IMG/VR virus record: IMGVR_UViG_3300007623_000010
Location: 1-54,142 of that record
DNA from: a virus
Lineage: Duplodnaviria > Caudoviricetes
Length of the DNA: 54,142 bases
Strand: one strand, 5' to 3'
The notes beneath the pieces were generated by a model, which had not been told where the DNA came from, searched no databases, and saw nothing but the letters and a program-made list of their open reading frames with translations. The translations under genes and the position numbers were made by a program. Positions 1 through 7,941 of the stretch are shown here, piece after piece; the first letter of the stretch is position 1, and each line of letters opens with the position of its first letter.

Positions 1-1
1 C

Positions 2-151
2 GAAGGTATGATTATCGCTCGCATCGAAGAATATCGTAATCTCGTAACATCGGCTATTAATACAGACCCAGCTATGGCTAGTATTGTTGATGGTGTTACT
101 GATCTTCAAGAAGTCATTGACAGTAAACTGTACAAATTTAAAATGGATTAA
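2..151 (+). CDS. 3' end of a helical protein, possibly phage Dps/ferritin-like (partial)
   Basis: Manual translation from base 2: EGMIIARIEEYRNLVTSAINTDPAMASIVDGVTDLQEVIDSKLYKFKMD*. The ending resembles, from memory, phage ferritin-like proteins. Confidence 0.4.
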   Translation, partial: EGMIIARIEEYRNLVTSAINTDPAMASIVDGVTDLQEVIDSKLYKFKMD

Positions 152-156
152 AAATT

Positions 157-593
157 ATGGGTTTTAAAGATTATTTAAACGAGAAAGTTTCATGGGCAAC
201 ATATAAAGGTCCTTACGTTCTCGGTGCAGAATATGAGGGCAAAGCATACGTCGCTAAGGGAGATCTTGATTTCACTGTAGCTTATGTAGATGGTGCTTGG
301 CGGATTCAAGATCCTAACGGTGAAGAATACGAACAAGGATTTAAAACTGCTGCTCTTGCTAAAAAAGCTGCTGCTGATTATATCGAAGGTTTAATGGAAT
401 CTGAAGATCTTAGTGAAGCATCTGCTAAAGAGAATAAAGAAAAAGCTCAGGATGCTTTGATGGCGCAGCGCAAGCCGCTTTTGAATCTGATGATGCCGAA
501 GATTCAGCTGTTTTTAAAGCTATGGATAAAGAGTTTGCCAGAATTGAAAAACTATTCGGTTATTCTCCAGGTTCTTGGACACGCGGCGTATAA
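157..593 (+). CDS. Putative capsid-targeted internal protein with an apparent 1-nt frameshift near 464
   Basis: Starts MGFKDYLNE. The -1 frame from about 465 reads AAQAAFESDDAEDSAVFKAMDKEFARIEKLFGYSPGSWTRGV* and ends in a TAATG overlap with the next gene at 591-595. Confidence 0.6.
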
Positions 594-874
594 TGACATT
601 TAAAGAATTTCTAGAAGAGAGTGTTGGAAAGTTCGAAAAAGAATATTTCCAACCTCTTAAACCAGCACAGAAAGCAGCAATTGAACGTGCCTTAGTTCCA
701 GATATCAAAATGTATTTAGGGGATGGGTATGACGTGACTCTACGCACTACTAAGGATGATGACCGCGGCACAGCTGTATTATTATACATTAAAAAGGGAA
801 GTGGCTTATCTACATTGGTTGCCCATAAGTCAATGGGTCCTAACGGAAAATTGGTTGATAAAAATATTAACTAA
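593..874 (+). CDS. Putative capsid-targeted internal protein
   Basis: ATG at 593 gives MTFKEFLEE, matching the T4 capsid-targeting-sequence pattern. Preferred over the TTG at 575. Confidence 0.65.
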   Translation: MTFKEFLEESVGKFEKEYFQPLKPAQKAAIERALVPDIKMYLGDGYDVTLRTTKDDDRGTAVLLYIKKGSGLSTLVAHKSMGPNGKLVDKNIN

Positions 875-888
875 ATGTGAAAAAAGTT

Positions 889-917
889 GTTTACATTAAC
901 TTCTAGTGTGATATAAT
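889..917 (+). promoter_or_regulatory. Early-type promoter for the DNA modification operon
   Basis: A-tract, GTTTAC at 889-894 and TATAAT at 912-917. Also has TTAA at 896-899, 12 nt before the -10. Confidence 0.75.
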
Positions 918-919
918 TC

Positions 920-953
920 AAAGGTAATCTGGTGAACAGATTGCCTTTTTTAT
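920..953 (+). terminator. Intrinsic terminator-like hairpin immediately downstream of the promoter
   Basis: AAAGGTAATCTG-GTGAA-CAGATTGCCTTT running into a T-tract. Confidence 0.65.
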
Positions 954-972
954 TAAGAAGTAAAGGATAGAT

Positions 973-1299
973 ATGAAATACGATAAAGGTAAACCAAAAA
1001 TGCACCTTATTCCACCAGAAGCATTAGAGTCTATGGCTATAGTGCTAGGTTTTGGTGCTGAAAAATATGGTGAAAACAACTGGCGCAAAGACATAAATAA
1101 TACTAGTTTCGGTCGAACATATTCATCCTTACAGCGTCATCTTAATGCATTTTGGTCAGGTGAAGACTTTGATCCAGAGTCTGGATTACCTCATCTTGAT
1201 CACGCTTTAACACAGCTTATGATCCTAAAGATGCAAACATTAGAATGCACAAACCAAGATATGGACGACCGTTTTAAGAAGGAAGAAACAAATGATTAA
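973..1299 (+). CDS. dATP/dGTP diphosphohydrolase-like protein (DUF5664-type)
   Basis: Signature motifs KYDKGKP..LIPP, VLGFGAEKYGENNW, RHLNAFWSGEDFDPESGLPHLDHA. Confidence 0.8.
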   Translation: MKYDKGKPKMHLIPPEALESMAIVLGFGAEKYGENNWRKDINNTSFGRTYSSLQRHLNAFWSGEDFDPESGLPHLDHALTQLMILKMQTLECTNQDMDDRFKKEETND

Positions 1300-1963
1300 T
1301 GACTATCTAAAAGTAAAAGATATTCGCAAACTATTCAAGATTGCGTACGACAACGAAGAATTTACGATTGATCGCACGGGTTCTAAAACTATTGAAATCC
1401 TAGGCGCAACGTTTATTGCAGATGAAGATCACATCATTCGTACTCCAGCTTATGAATATATCGAGCGTGAACTTGACTGGTATAAGTCTATGTCGCTATA
1501 TGTAGAAGACATCCCTGGAACCACTCCAACGATTTGGAAACAGATCGCGTCAGAAGAAGGAAAGATTAATAGCAACTACGGATGGTGTATCTATTCATCC
1601 GATAATGGCCAACAGTACGATAATGTTCTAGCTGAATTGAAATCTAATCCAGATTCTCGACGTGCCACAATGATCTACAATCGTCCATCTATGCATATTG
1701 ATTTTGAAAAGAACGGAATGAATGATTTCATGTGCACATTCGCTAACTCATTCTTTATCCGCGATGGCAAACTTATATCTCATTATATTATGCGCTCAAA
1801 TGATTCAGTTTTTGGATACAACAATGATTACGCCTGGGCTCGACATGTTCAAAAGGAATTAGCTGATGATCTTGGCGTAGAAGTTGGCGATCTTATCTGG
1901 ACCGTATCTAATATCCATGTATATGAACGTCACTTTGATCAGCTTGAGGCATTAAAAGTATGA
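1292..1963 (+). CDS. 42: dCMP hydroxymethyltransferase (T4 gp42 homolog)
   Basis: Close match to T4 gp42 motifs: KTIEILGATFIAD, YIERELDWYKS, INSNYGW, DSRRATMIYNRPSM, DFMCT (catalytic Cys), MRSND..FG..NDYAW (dCMP-specific Asp), HVYERHF. Confidence 0.93.
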   Translation: MINDYLKVKDIRKLFKIAYDNEEFTIDRTGSKTIEILGATFIADEDHIIRTPAYEYIERELDWYKSMSLYVEDIPGTTPTIWKQIASEEGKINSNYGWCIYSSDNGQQYDNVLAELKSNPDSRRATMIYNRPSMHIDFEKNGMNDFMCTFANSFFIRDGKLISHYIMRSNDSVFGYNNDYAWARHVQKELADDLGVEVGDLIWTVSNIHVYERHFDQLEALKV

Positions 1964-2499
1964 TAGGCGATTTTTTTAATAATGCTAGCGAACTATTCGA
2001 AGACGAACGTGAAATTTGCTCGCCTATGTTTGGGTTATCTTTTGATAATCCAGCAGCAGCATTAAAAGATGGCAACGACTATTATAATAATATGCTTAAT
2101 GAAACAATCGTCGAACGAAATAAAATTGAGCAATATTACTATGAGCGAATTAGAAATGGGTTAATGTCTAAATTAATTGAGATTAAATCATACTCTAATG
2201 TAAGTATTTTTGACACAAGACGATGGATTACAACGAATGATGACTGCATTAGTTCTGTACAAATTCTAATCAGAGATAAAATTTTCATAAATATATTTAT
2301 GAGAAGTTCGGATTTTGATGGAGCGCTTTCGTCAGATTTGAAGTTCTTTTCATCGTTGCCAACGTGGCTCATTAATCAGCTTATTAACATGAAAGATGAT
2401 TATAGATTTAACGAGGTTACTGATGAAAGCATAAATACGTTAAATAACATGGGTGTAGATATAAACATAATGTTTGGATCATTACACCGAACAAACTAA
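1960..2499 (+). CDS. Truncated thymidylate-synthase-fold protein
   Basis: DTRRW, DDCISSVQILIRD, MRSSD..SSDL and FGSLH correspond to TS/gp42 core motifs. ATGA overlap with gp42. Confidence 0.7.
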   Translation: MIGDFFNNASELFEDEREICSPMFGLSFDNPAAALKDGNDYYNNMLNETIVERNKIEQYYYERIRNGLMSKLIEIKSYSNVSIFDTRRWITTNDDCISSVQILIRDKIFINIFMRSSDFDGALSSDLKFFSSLPTWLINQLINMKDDYRFNEVTDESINTLNNMGVDINIMFGSLHRTN

Positions 2500-2510
2500 A
2501 GGAAGGAAAA

Positions 2511-3734
2511 ATGATTGGATTGTTCTTAGGCAAAGGCCTTGAAGGTTGCGGAGTTACAAAATACGCAATCGAAATGATGACATATCTTAAACAAAGTAAT
2601 ATAGACTATAAGTTATTCATCGCTGACGACAAAAAACATTCACGCAATAAATCACATGATTTGAGTGAATTCAACGTTGGGTTCTATCGAGCAATCCCAC
2701 CAAAACGAAAAGTCGTACCCACATTCGACGATATGATTAATGAAGCGAAAGAATGCGACACGATCGTTATTCTATCGATGCCTGTTAAAGGTTATGACGA
2801 ACAAATTTTATCTGAAACTAAGCGTTTCTTTGACTCGATTAAAGATAAAAATGTCGTTGTAACTCATCATAATCATAGTTCATTATACATGAAAAAAGAG
2901 GTGTTGCTTGATGATGTATTGGAAATCACTAACACTATCTTTACTCATAGCGCAGTAAACCCTGTAAACAAATATATTATAAACAAATATCCAAACGCGA
3001 AAATTTTTAACTTGAATCCTTCAATGTTTATTGATTCATTTAAAAAGTTTTGGAAACCCGTAAGCGAAATTGATACAAGTGTCGTTAATTGGATCGGTAG
3101 AACTACACCATGGAAAGGATACGATTTAGCTGTTAATTTTCATACAGATCATTTGAAGGGTCTAGGATTTAGCACATCAATGCATGGTATGGACCGTGGT
3201 CCAGCATTTATTGGTTTTAAAGCACTTCACGCAGGAAAATTCATACTGCAAGACAAAGAAATCCAAGATAATAAAGACAATCTTTGTGAAATCTTTGGAC
3301 CGTACGTTCAAGACAAAATGCTCGATAAAATGAGTAAATCTGGTTTTGTATTACAATTGACAAAAATTAAACCAGAAGAATTACAGCAGTCTTATTCACT
3401 TGAATTTACACATATTGAGGCTTTGTCTATTGGCTCAATTCCTGTATTTAGAACTGAACATGGTAATGCAGTAATTAGTCGTAAAGATGATCGTCCAATT
3501 ATTGAACACGATACTGGAATCCTTTGGCTGAACGAAAATAATCAAGCAGAAGTAGCTGCAAAAATGAAAGAAATCGCTAATGATCCTGCATTATTTGAAG
3601 AGCATAGAACAAAAGCGTATAATTTCGCTAAAGAACAATGCGACAGTAAAGTAGTATTCGATGAATTCTTTAGAGTAGTTAAAGAAGAAAATTCAAACTT
3701 AAACAAAGCTGATACCATAGGAGATGAATGGTAA
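2511..3734 (+). CDS. agt: DNA alpha-glucosyltransferase homolog
   Basis: GLEGCGVTK, HNHS, WIGRTTPWKG, MSKSGF, SLEFTHIE, GSIPVF and HDTGILW match T4 alpha-gt along its length. Confidence 0.9.
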   Translation: MIGLFLGKGLEGCGVTKYAIEMMTYLKQSNIDYKLFIADDKKHSRNKSHDLSEFNVGFYRAIPPKRKVVPTFDDMINEAKECDTIVILSMPVKGYDEQILSETKRFFDSIKDKNVVVTHHNHSSLYMKKEVLLDDVLEITNTIFTHSAVNPVNKYIINKYPNAKIFNLNPSMFIDSFKKFWKPVSEIDTSVVNWIGRTTPWKGYDLAVNFHTDHLKGLGFSTSMHGMDRGPAFIGFKALHAGKFILQDKEIQDNKDNLCEIFGPYVQDKMLDKMSKSGFVLQLTKIKPEELQQSYSLEFTHIEALSIGSIPVFRTEHGNAVISRKDDRPIIEHDTGILWLNENNQAEVAAKMKEIANDPALFEEHRTKAYNFAKEQCDSKVVFDEFFRVVKEENSNLNKADTIGDEW

Positions 3735-4966
3735 TGAAGTGGATTACAATTATACCATTGGCAGGTGGATATCCAGTGGGTGCTCAGAAAGATCTAGGTA
3801 CTGTTCCAGAAGCAGTTATCTCTTGGCCTGCATTTAAAGCAAACGACTCACATTATCAAAACTATTTGAGAACTGAGTATAATTATCCTGAAGAAAATTT
3901 TGTTCTTTTAGATGAAGAAAATAACGTAACACAAGGTAGTACGAATTACCTTTCAAAGGACATTGATATTGTTATTAGCACACCGCCATGTGCCGGATTG
4001 TCAATGCTAAATACTGGTAATTCTAAGGATTCAGATTCCGGACGTGGCGCATGTGCTGCACAGAATGAATGGATGAAACGAGCGTCTGAATATGCATTAG
4101 ATGTCATTAAACCGAAGGTTCTAATATTTGAGAACGCGCCAGGTCTGTACACGTCAAAAGATGGCGAAGAAGTTATGGACTATTTGAATAGTGTTGCTGA
4201 AAAATTTGGTTATAGTACGTCAGCAATCATGACTAGCACTGATCTTCATGGTATTCCACAAATTCGTAAAAGAACATTCTTTTATTTTTGGAAGTCTGAA
4301 ACTTCGCCACTAATTGAATTTAGCTCAACCGATGAAGTTGCACCTTCAATTAAAGAATATCTTTCTAAGAAACCTCCTTTTAAACAAGACAACATTTATC
4401 CAAAAGAAGGTTTACAAAACGACCCATTTTTTCAGTTTGTTAAAACGAACTATGATGACTTTAGATCTGATATGAATGAATCACGTAAACGTACAATGAC
4501 TCATCATATTATTAAAAGCGGAAAATTTGATGAATTTCATGATTACATTCTTGAGAATCACTCCGGTACTCCTGCTGCAAAATTCGTTCAGCACGCTAAG
4601 AAAAAGTTAGCAGATAATAAGAACTTCTTCGACCCTTCACCTAATTACTTCGGTGATGATAGATTGAATGGAATTGTAGGGAAAACAGTTACTCATACAG
4701 TGCATCCAATTGAAGATCGTTTCTTGTCTTATGGTGAATTGCTGTATTTTATGGGTTATCCTAACACATTTGAGTTATTAGAACCTAAGAAAAATACGAA
4801 TCATATTGCTCAGAACGTCCCAGTCACCACAGGTGCATGGTCAGTGAAACAAGCTAGATTATTCATCGAAGGAAAACTGCAAGAAACTGATAAAAAATTC
4901 GTTAAGCAGAACAACATTAAGAAAACAACTGACACTTTAGTCGCAACACAAATGGAGGAGTGGTAA
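3734..4966 (+). CDS. C5-cytosine DNA methyltransferase-fold protein with atypical motif I
   Basis: PPCAGLS (motif IV), IFENAP (VI), PQIRKRTFF (VIII), HPIEDRFLSYGE..MGYP (IX), IAQNVPV (X). Motif I reads IIPLAGG instead of F-x-G-x-G. TAATG overlap with agt. Confidence 0.8.
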   Translation: MKWITIIPLAGGYPVGAQKDLGTVPEAVISWPAFKANDSHYQNYLRTEYNYPEENFVLLDEENNVTQGSTNYLSKDIDIVISTPPCAGLSMLNTGNSKDSDSGRGACAAQNEWMKRASEYALDVIKPKVLIFENAPGLYTSKDGEEVMDYLNSVAEKFGYSTSAIMTSTDLHGIPQIRKRTFFYFWKSETSPLIEFSSTDEVAPSIKEYLSKKPPFKQDNIYPKEGLQNDPFFQFVKTNYDDFRSDMNESRKRTMTHHIIKSGKFDEFHDYILENHSGTPAAKFVQHAKKKLADNKNFFDPSPNYFGDDRLNGIVGKTVTHTVHPIEDRFLSYGELLYFMGYPNTFELLEPKKNTNHIAQNVPVTTGAWSVKQARLFIEGKLQETDKKFVKQNNIKKTTDTLVATQMEEW

Positions 4967-4983
4967 CACTCTTCCTAATTTTT
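4954..4983 (+). terminator. GNRA-loop hairpin terminator ending the modification operon
   Basis: GGAGGAGTG-GTAA-CACTCTTCC followed by TAATTTTT. Confidence 0.6.
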
Positions 4984-5032
4984 AAACAGTACTATGTTAT
5001 AATATCAATAAATTGAAAAAAGGAAAGAAAAG

Positions 5033-5461
5033 ATGATTAAAGAATTTGAAGACGTTCGTCAGTGGAAAAAAATTCGTGGTATCGGTGGAGCAGAAGACGC
5101 ACCTATGAAAGATCGACTGCAATCTCAATATCAGCGTGTTATGCAAGAATGTATTGAAATTCACGAAGCAATTGTTCTTGAAGATGATGAAGAATTTATG
5201 GACGCAATTGGCGATACGATTGTGACTCTTATTAATCTAGCTGATATCAAAGGCGTTAAAGCAGAAGATTGCTTAGCACAGGCATTTGGTGTAATTGATC
5301 TACGTAAAGGTTTGACACGTCCTACTGGTGACTTTGTCCGTTATGCTAAACTATCTTTTTCTGATCAAGAAATCTGTGATAATAAACAAGGCAATACTGC
5401 TTCAGAATATTTCCTAGAAGAAGATAAGAGCACACTTACCCCAGATTGTTTTAAGAAATAA
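5033..5461 (+). CDS. MazG-like nucleotide pyrophosphohydrolase
   Basis: QECIEIHEA..DAIGDTIVTLI..EDCLAQAFGVI..RKG, an all-alpha NTP-PPase pattern. Confidence 0.75.
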   Translation: MIKEFEDVRQWKKIRGIGGAEDAPMKDRLQSQYQRVMQECIEIHEAIVLEDDEEFMDAIGDTIVTLINLADIKGVKAEDCLAQAFGVIDLRKGLTRPTGDFVRYAKLSFSDQEICDNKQGNTASEYFLEEDKSTLTPDCFKK

Positions 5462-5472
5462 TGTAAAAAACC

Positions 5473-5502
5473 GTTTACACGCCGTTAATGTTTAGGTATA
5501 AT
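5473..5502 (+). promoter_or_regulatory. Early-type promoter
   Basis: A-tract, GTTTAC at 5473, TATAAT at 5497. Confidence 0.7.
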
Positions 5503-5530
5503 AGAGATAGCAAATAACCAAAGGAAAGAT

Positions 5531-6463
5531 ATGAAAATCATCGATAATAGCAAATCAGTTTGGTACGAAAAATATAAGCCAGCTTGCATCGAAGATCTTG
5601 TTATTCCAAACGAGATCAAAACAAAGTTAACTAGATATGTACAAACACAGGATATACCTAACATCGGCTTGTTCTCGTCTAATCCTGGGACGGGTAAATC
5701 TAGCTCAGCACATGCCATTATCAAGGAAATCGGTGGTGAAGCTCTATGGATTAACGCATCTATGGAGAAAGGTATCGATGTTCTTCGTGGCAAAGTGCAG
5801 AAATTTGCCTCGCAGTCATCATTTGATGATAACATTAAAATTGTTGTTATGGACGAGTTTGATCACTTCTCTAAAGATGGTCAAGCAGCATTCCGTGGAT
5901 TCATTGACGAATTCAGTGTAAATTGTCGTTTTATTTTTACTGGCAATTATAAAGAAAAGATTATTCAACCTTTGCTTGATCGACTAGAAGTATATGATTT
6001 CAACTCATTCAGCAAAGAGGAAATGATCAAGCCTATATTCGAAAGACTAAAATGGATTTTAGAAAACGAAAATGTACAGTACGACCCTAAATCTCTTGTG
6101 CCAGTCATTAATACGTACTATCCGCGTATTCGCTCAATGGTTGGAGCACTACAAAAGTTTAGCAAAGACGGCGTTTTTACTGTATCTGAACATGAACTTG
6201 ACGATGTCAATGTATTCGATAAAGTGATGCAACTTGTTCATATGAATACATTTACTGATATGATTACAGAGGTAAATAAACTAAACGCTCCAGATAATAT
6301 GTATACGTACCTCTATACTAATGCTGCAAAATATTTTGCACCACAGGTATACCCACAAGTCGTATTGATTATTGCAAAATACCAGCATATGTCTGATTCA
6401 GTTCGTAATAAAAACTTGAATTTGGCTGCTTGTCTCACAGAATTAATTAAGTTAAAAGGATAG
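5531..6463 (+). CDS. 44: Clamp loader large subunit (gp44)
   Basis: WYEKYKP, Walker A PGTGKS, INAS, Walker B VVMDEFD, QAAFRGFIDEFS..CRFIFTGN. Confidence 0.93.
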   Translation: MKIIDNSKSVWYEKYKPACIEDLVIPNEIKTKLTRYVQTQDIPNIGLFSSNPGTGKSSSAHAIIKEIGGEALWINASMEKGIDVLRGKVQKFASQSSFDDNIKIVVMDEFDHFSKDGQAAFRGFIDEFSVNCRFIFTGNYKEKIIQPLLDRLEVYDFNSFSKEEMIKPIFERLKWILENENVQYDPKSLVPVINTYYPRIRSMVGALQKFSKDGVFTVSEHELDDVNVFDKVMQLVHMNTFTDMITEVNKLNAPDNMYTYLYTNAAKYFAPQVYPQVVLIIAKYQHMSDSVRNKNLNLAACLTELIKLKG

Positions 6464-6466
6464 ATA

Positions 6467-6682
6467 ATGTTACAGACAATTTCAGAATATTCTCATATGA
6501 TAGGCTTGTATTGCTATATGGCACTTTTCGTCTGGCTATTTAACGCCTTTCTTGCTGGATATAATGGCACAGCACCTAGCCGTGAAGATTTTTTTCAAAG
6601 TGTTCTCTGGCCAATCTCAATTGTAGTACTACTTGGAATAACAACAAAAATCATCGTACAGTCGATTACAAAAAATAAATAA
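6467..6682 (+). CDS. Small membrane protein
   Basis: Two hydrophobic segments with an LWP motif; AGGA RBS. Confidence 0.65.
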   Translation: MLQTISEYSHMIGLYCYMALFVWLFNAFLAGYNGTAPSREDFFQSVLWPISIVVLLGITTKIIVQSITKNK

Positions 6683-6690
6683 GGGATCAA

Positions 6691-7872
6691 ATGAACGTAA
6701 AATTACAAGTATCACATAACCCAGAAGAGCTTTCTGTCGATGAAGCGGTACTCGTTTACAAGGACATAGACGAAGGTTATACTTGCACAATTTCTGATGC
6801 ACAATTTAAACATGAAGAATTCAATAAATTCATAGGTGATATTGAAGCAGCATACGGAAAGTTTAGAGTTTTTGATTATTCACGAGGAAAAACCAATTTC
6901 TTTAAGAAATATTTTGGAAGCAAAATCCGAATTTATTCTCGTGGAAATTCATTAGATATGTTCGCGTCTGTCTTCTGTAAAGATGAAGAAGATCTCAATG
7001 AAGTTTGGAAGATCTACATGAAACATAAACCGATTGAAGATTCGGTTGATATGTTTATGACTTCATATTACATGAATGGAGGACAAGTAGACGAAACTGC
7101 TAAAGTTATGGATTCAAAGGATATTCAGTACATATCGGAAAAATATTACCCATATATTGATACTGAAATCATGTTCGACAGATTCTTTACTGGCGACGAA
7201 AATATTCTACTTCTTGTTGGCGATCCGGGTTTAGGTAAATCTAAACTAAGCACCTTAGCATTAAAGCACGCTTATACGAACGATGATAAATTGCCGTACG
7301 ACAAACTATCAATGAATCCAGCATTAGAAAATCAATATATCAGTATTGGATATGTCAAAAGCACAGATGTATTGGCGAATGATAAATTTTGGAGGATTAT
7401 TGAAAAGGCAAATCATGACTTTGTTATTATTGACGATTTAGACTACATGCTGACTAAACGCGATTCAGAAGTAATGTCTATTGATGATGCTAAAAAGAAT
7501 GATTTCTTGAACCAATTCCTATCATTTACCGATGGTGTAGAAAAACATAAAACAAAGTTTATTATAACAACTAACCAAAAATATGACGACATTGATTCTG
7601 CGCTATTGCGTAAAGGTCGATTGTTTGACATACTTGAACTGCGCGAGCTATCTAAAGATGAAGCTCTTGAAATTTGGAAAGATAACAGTTTAGAACCTGA
7701 TACGTTCTATCAAATATTCTCTCATCTGGACAATATTGCAGCAGCAGAACTTGGATCTGAAATTAAGAAACGTTTGAACACACGTATTGACTCAGCAACT
7801 GCAGAATATCTCAAAGAAAGTGGCATCTCTAAAATTCAGAAAGCTACCCGCAAGAAAAAAATCGGTCTTTAA
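6691..7872 (+). CDS. AAA+ ATPase
   Basis: GDPGLGKS, IIDDLD, FLSFTDG, IITTN, IDSALLRKGRLFD (second region of homology with Arg finger). Confidence 0.85.
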   Translation: MNVKLQVSHNPEELSVDEAVLVYKDIDEGYTCTISDAQFKHEEFNKFIGDIEAAYGKFRVFDYSRGKTNFFKKYFGSKIRIYSRGNSLDMFASVFCKDEEDLNEVWKIYMKHKPIEDSVDMFMTSYYMNGGQVDETAKVMDSKDIQYISEKYYPYIDTEIMFDRFFTGDENILLLVGDPGLGKSKLSTLALKHAYTNDDKLPYDKLSMNPALENQYISIGYVKSTDVLANDKFWRIIEKANHDFVIIDDLDYMLTKRDSEVMSIDDAKKNDFLNQFLSFTDGVEKHKTKFIITTNQKYDDIDSALLRKGRLFDILELRELSKDEALEIWKDNSLEPDTFYQIFSHLDNIAAAELGSEIKKRLNTRIDSATAEYLKESGISKIQKATRKKKIGL

Positions 7873-7883
7873 GACCGGTTTTT
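7861..7883 (+). terminator. Hairpin terminator
   Basis: ATCGGTCT-TTA-AGACCGGT followed by TTTT. Confidence 0.55.
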
Positions 7884-7913
7884 GTTTACTTTTAAGTAAA
7901 AAGTCTATATAAT
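7884..7913 (+). promoter_or_regulatory. Promoter of the DNA polymerase
   Basis: GTTTAC at 7884, TTAA at 7892, TATAAT at 7908, followed by AGATCTAT. Confidence 0.75.
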
Positions 7914-7941
7914 AGATCTATTATTATTTTGAAGGATTGAC

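Noticed and set aside
973-1299. Z-genome (2-aminoadenine) pathway suggested by the dATP/dGTP diphosphohydrolase
   Set aside because: No PurZ in the window, and the neighbouring genes are cytosine-modifying.
1292-1963. Ordinary thymidylate synthase ThyA
   Set aside because: It has Asp rather than Asn at the specificity position and gp42-specific motifs throughout.
3734-4966. Restriction-modification system
   Set aside because: No adjacent endonuclease; the gene is coupled to the glucosyltransferase.
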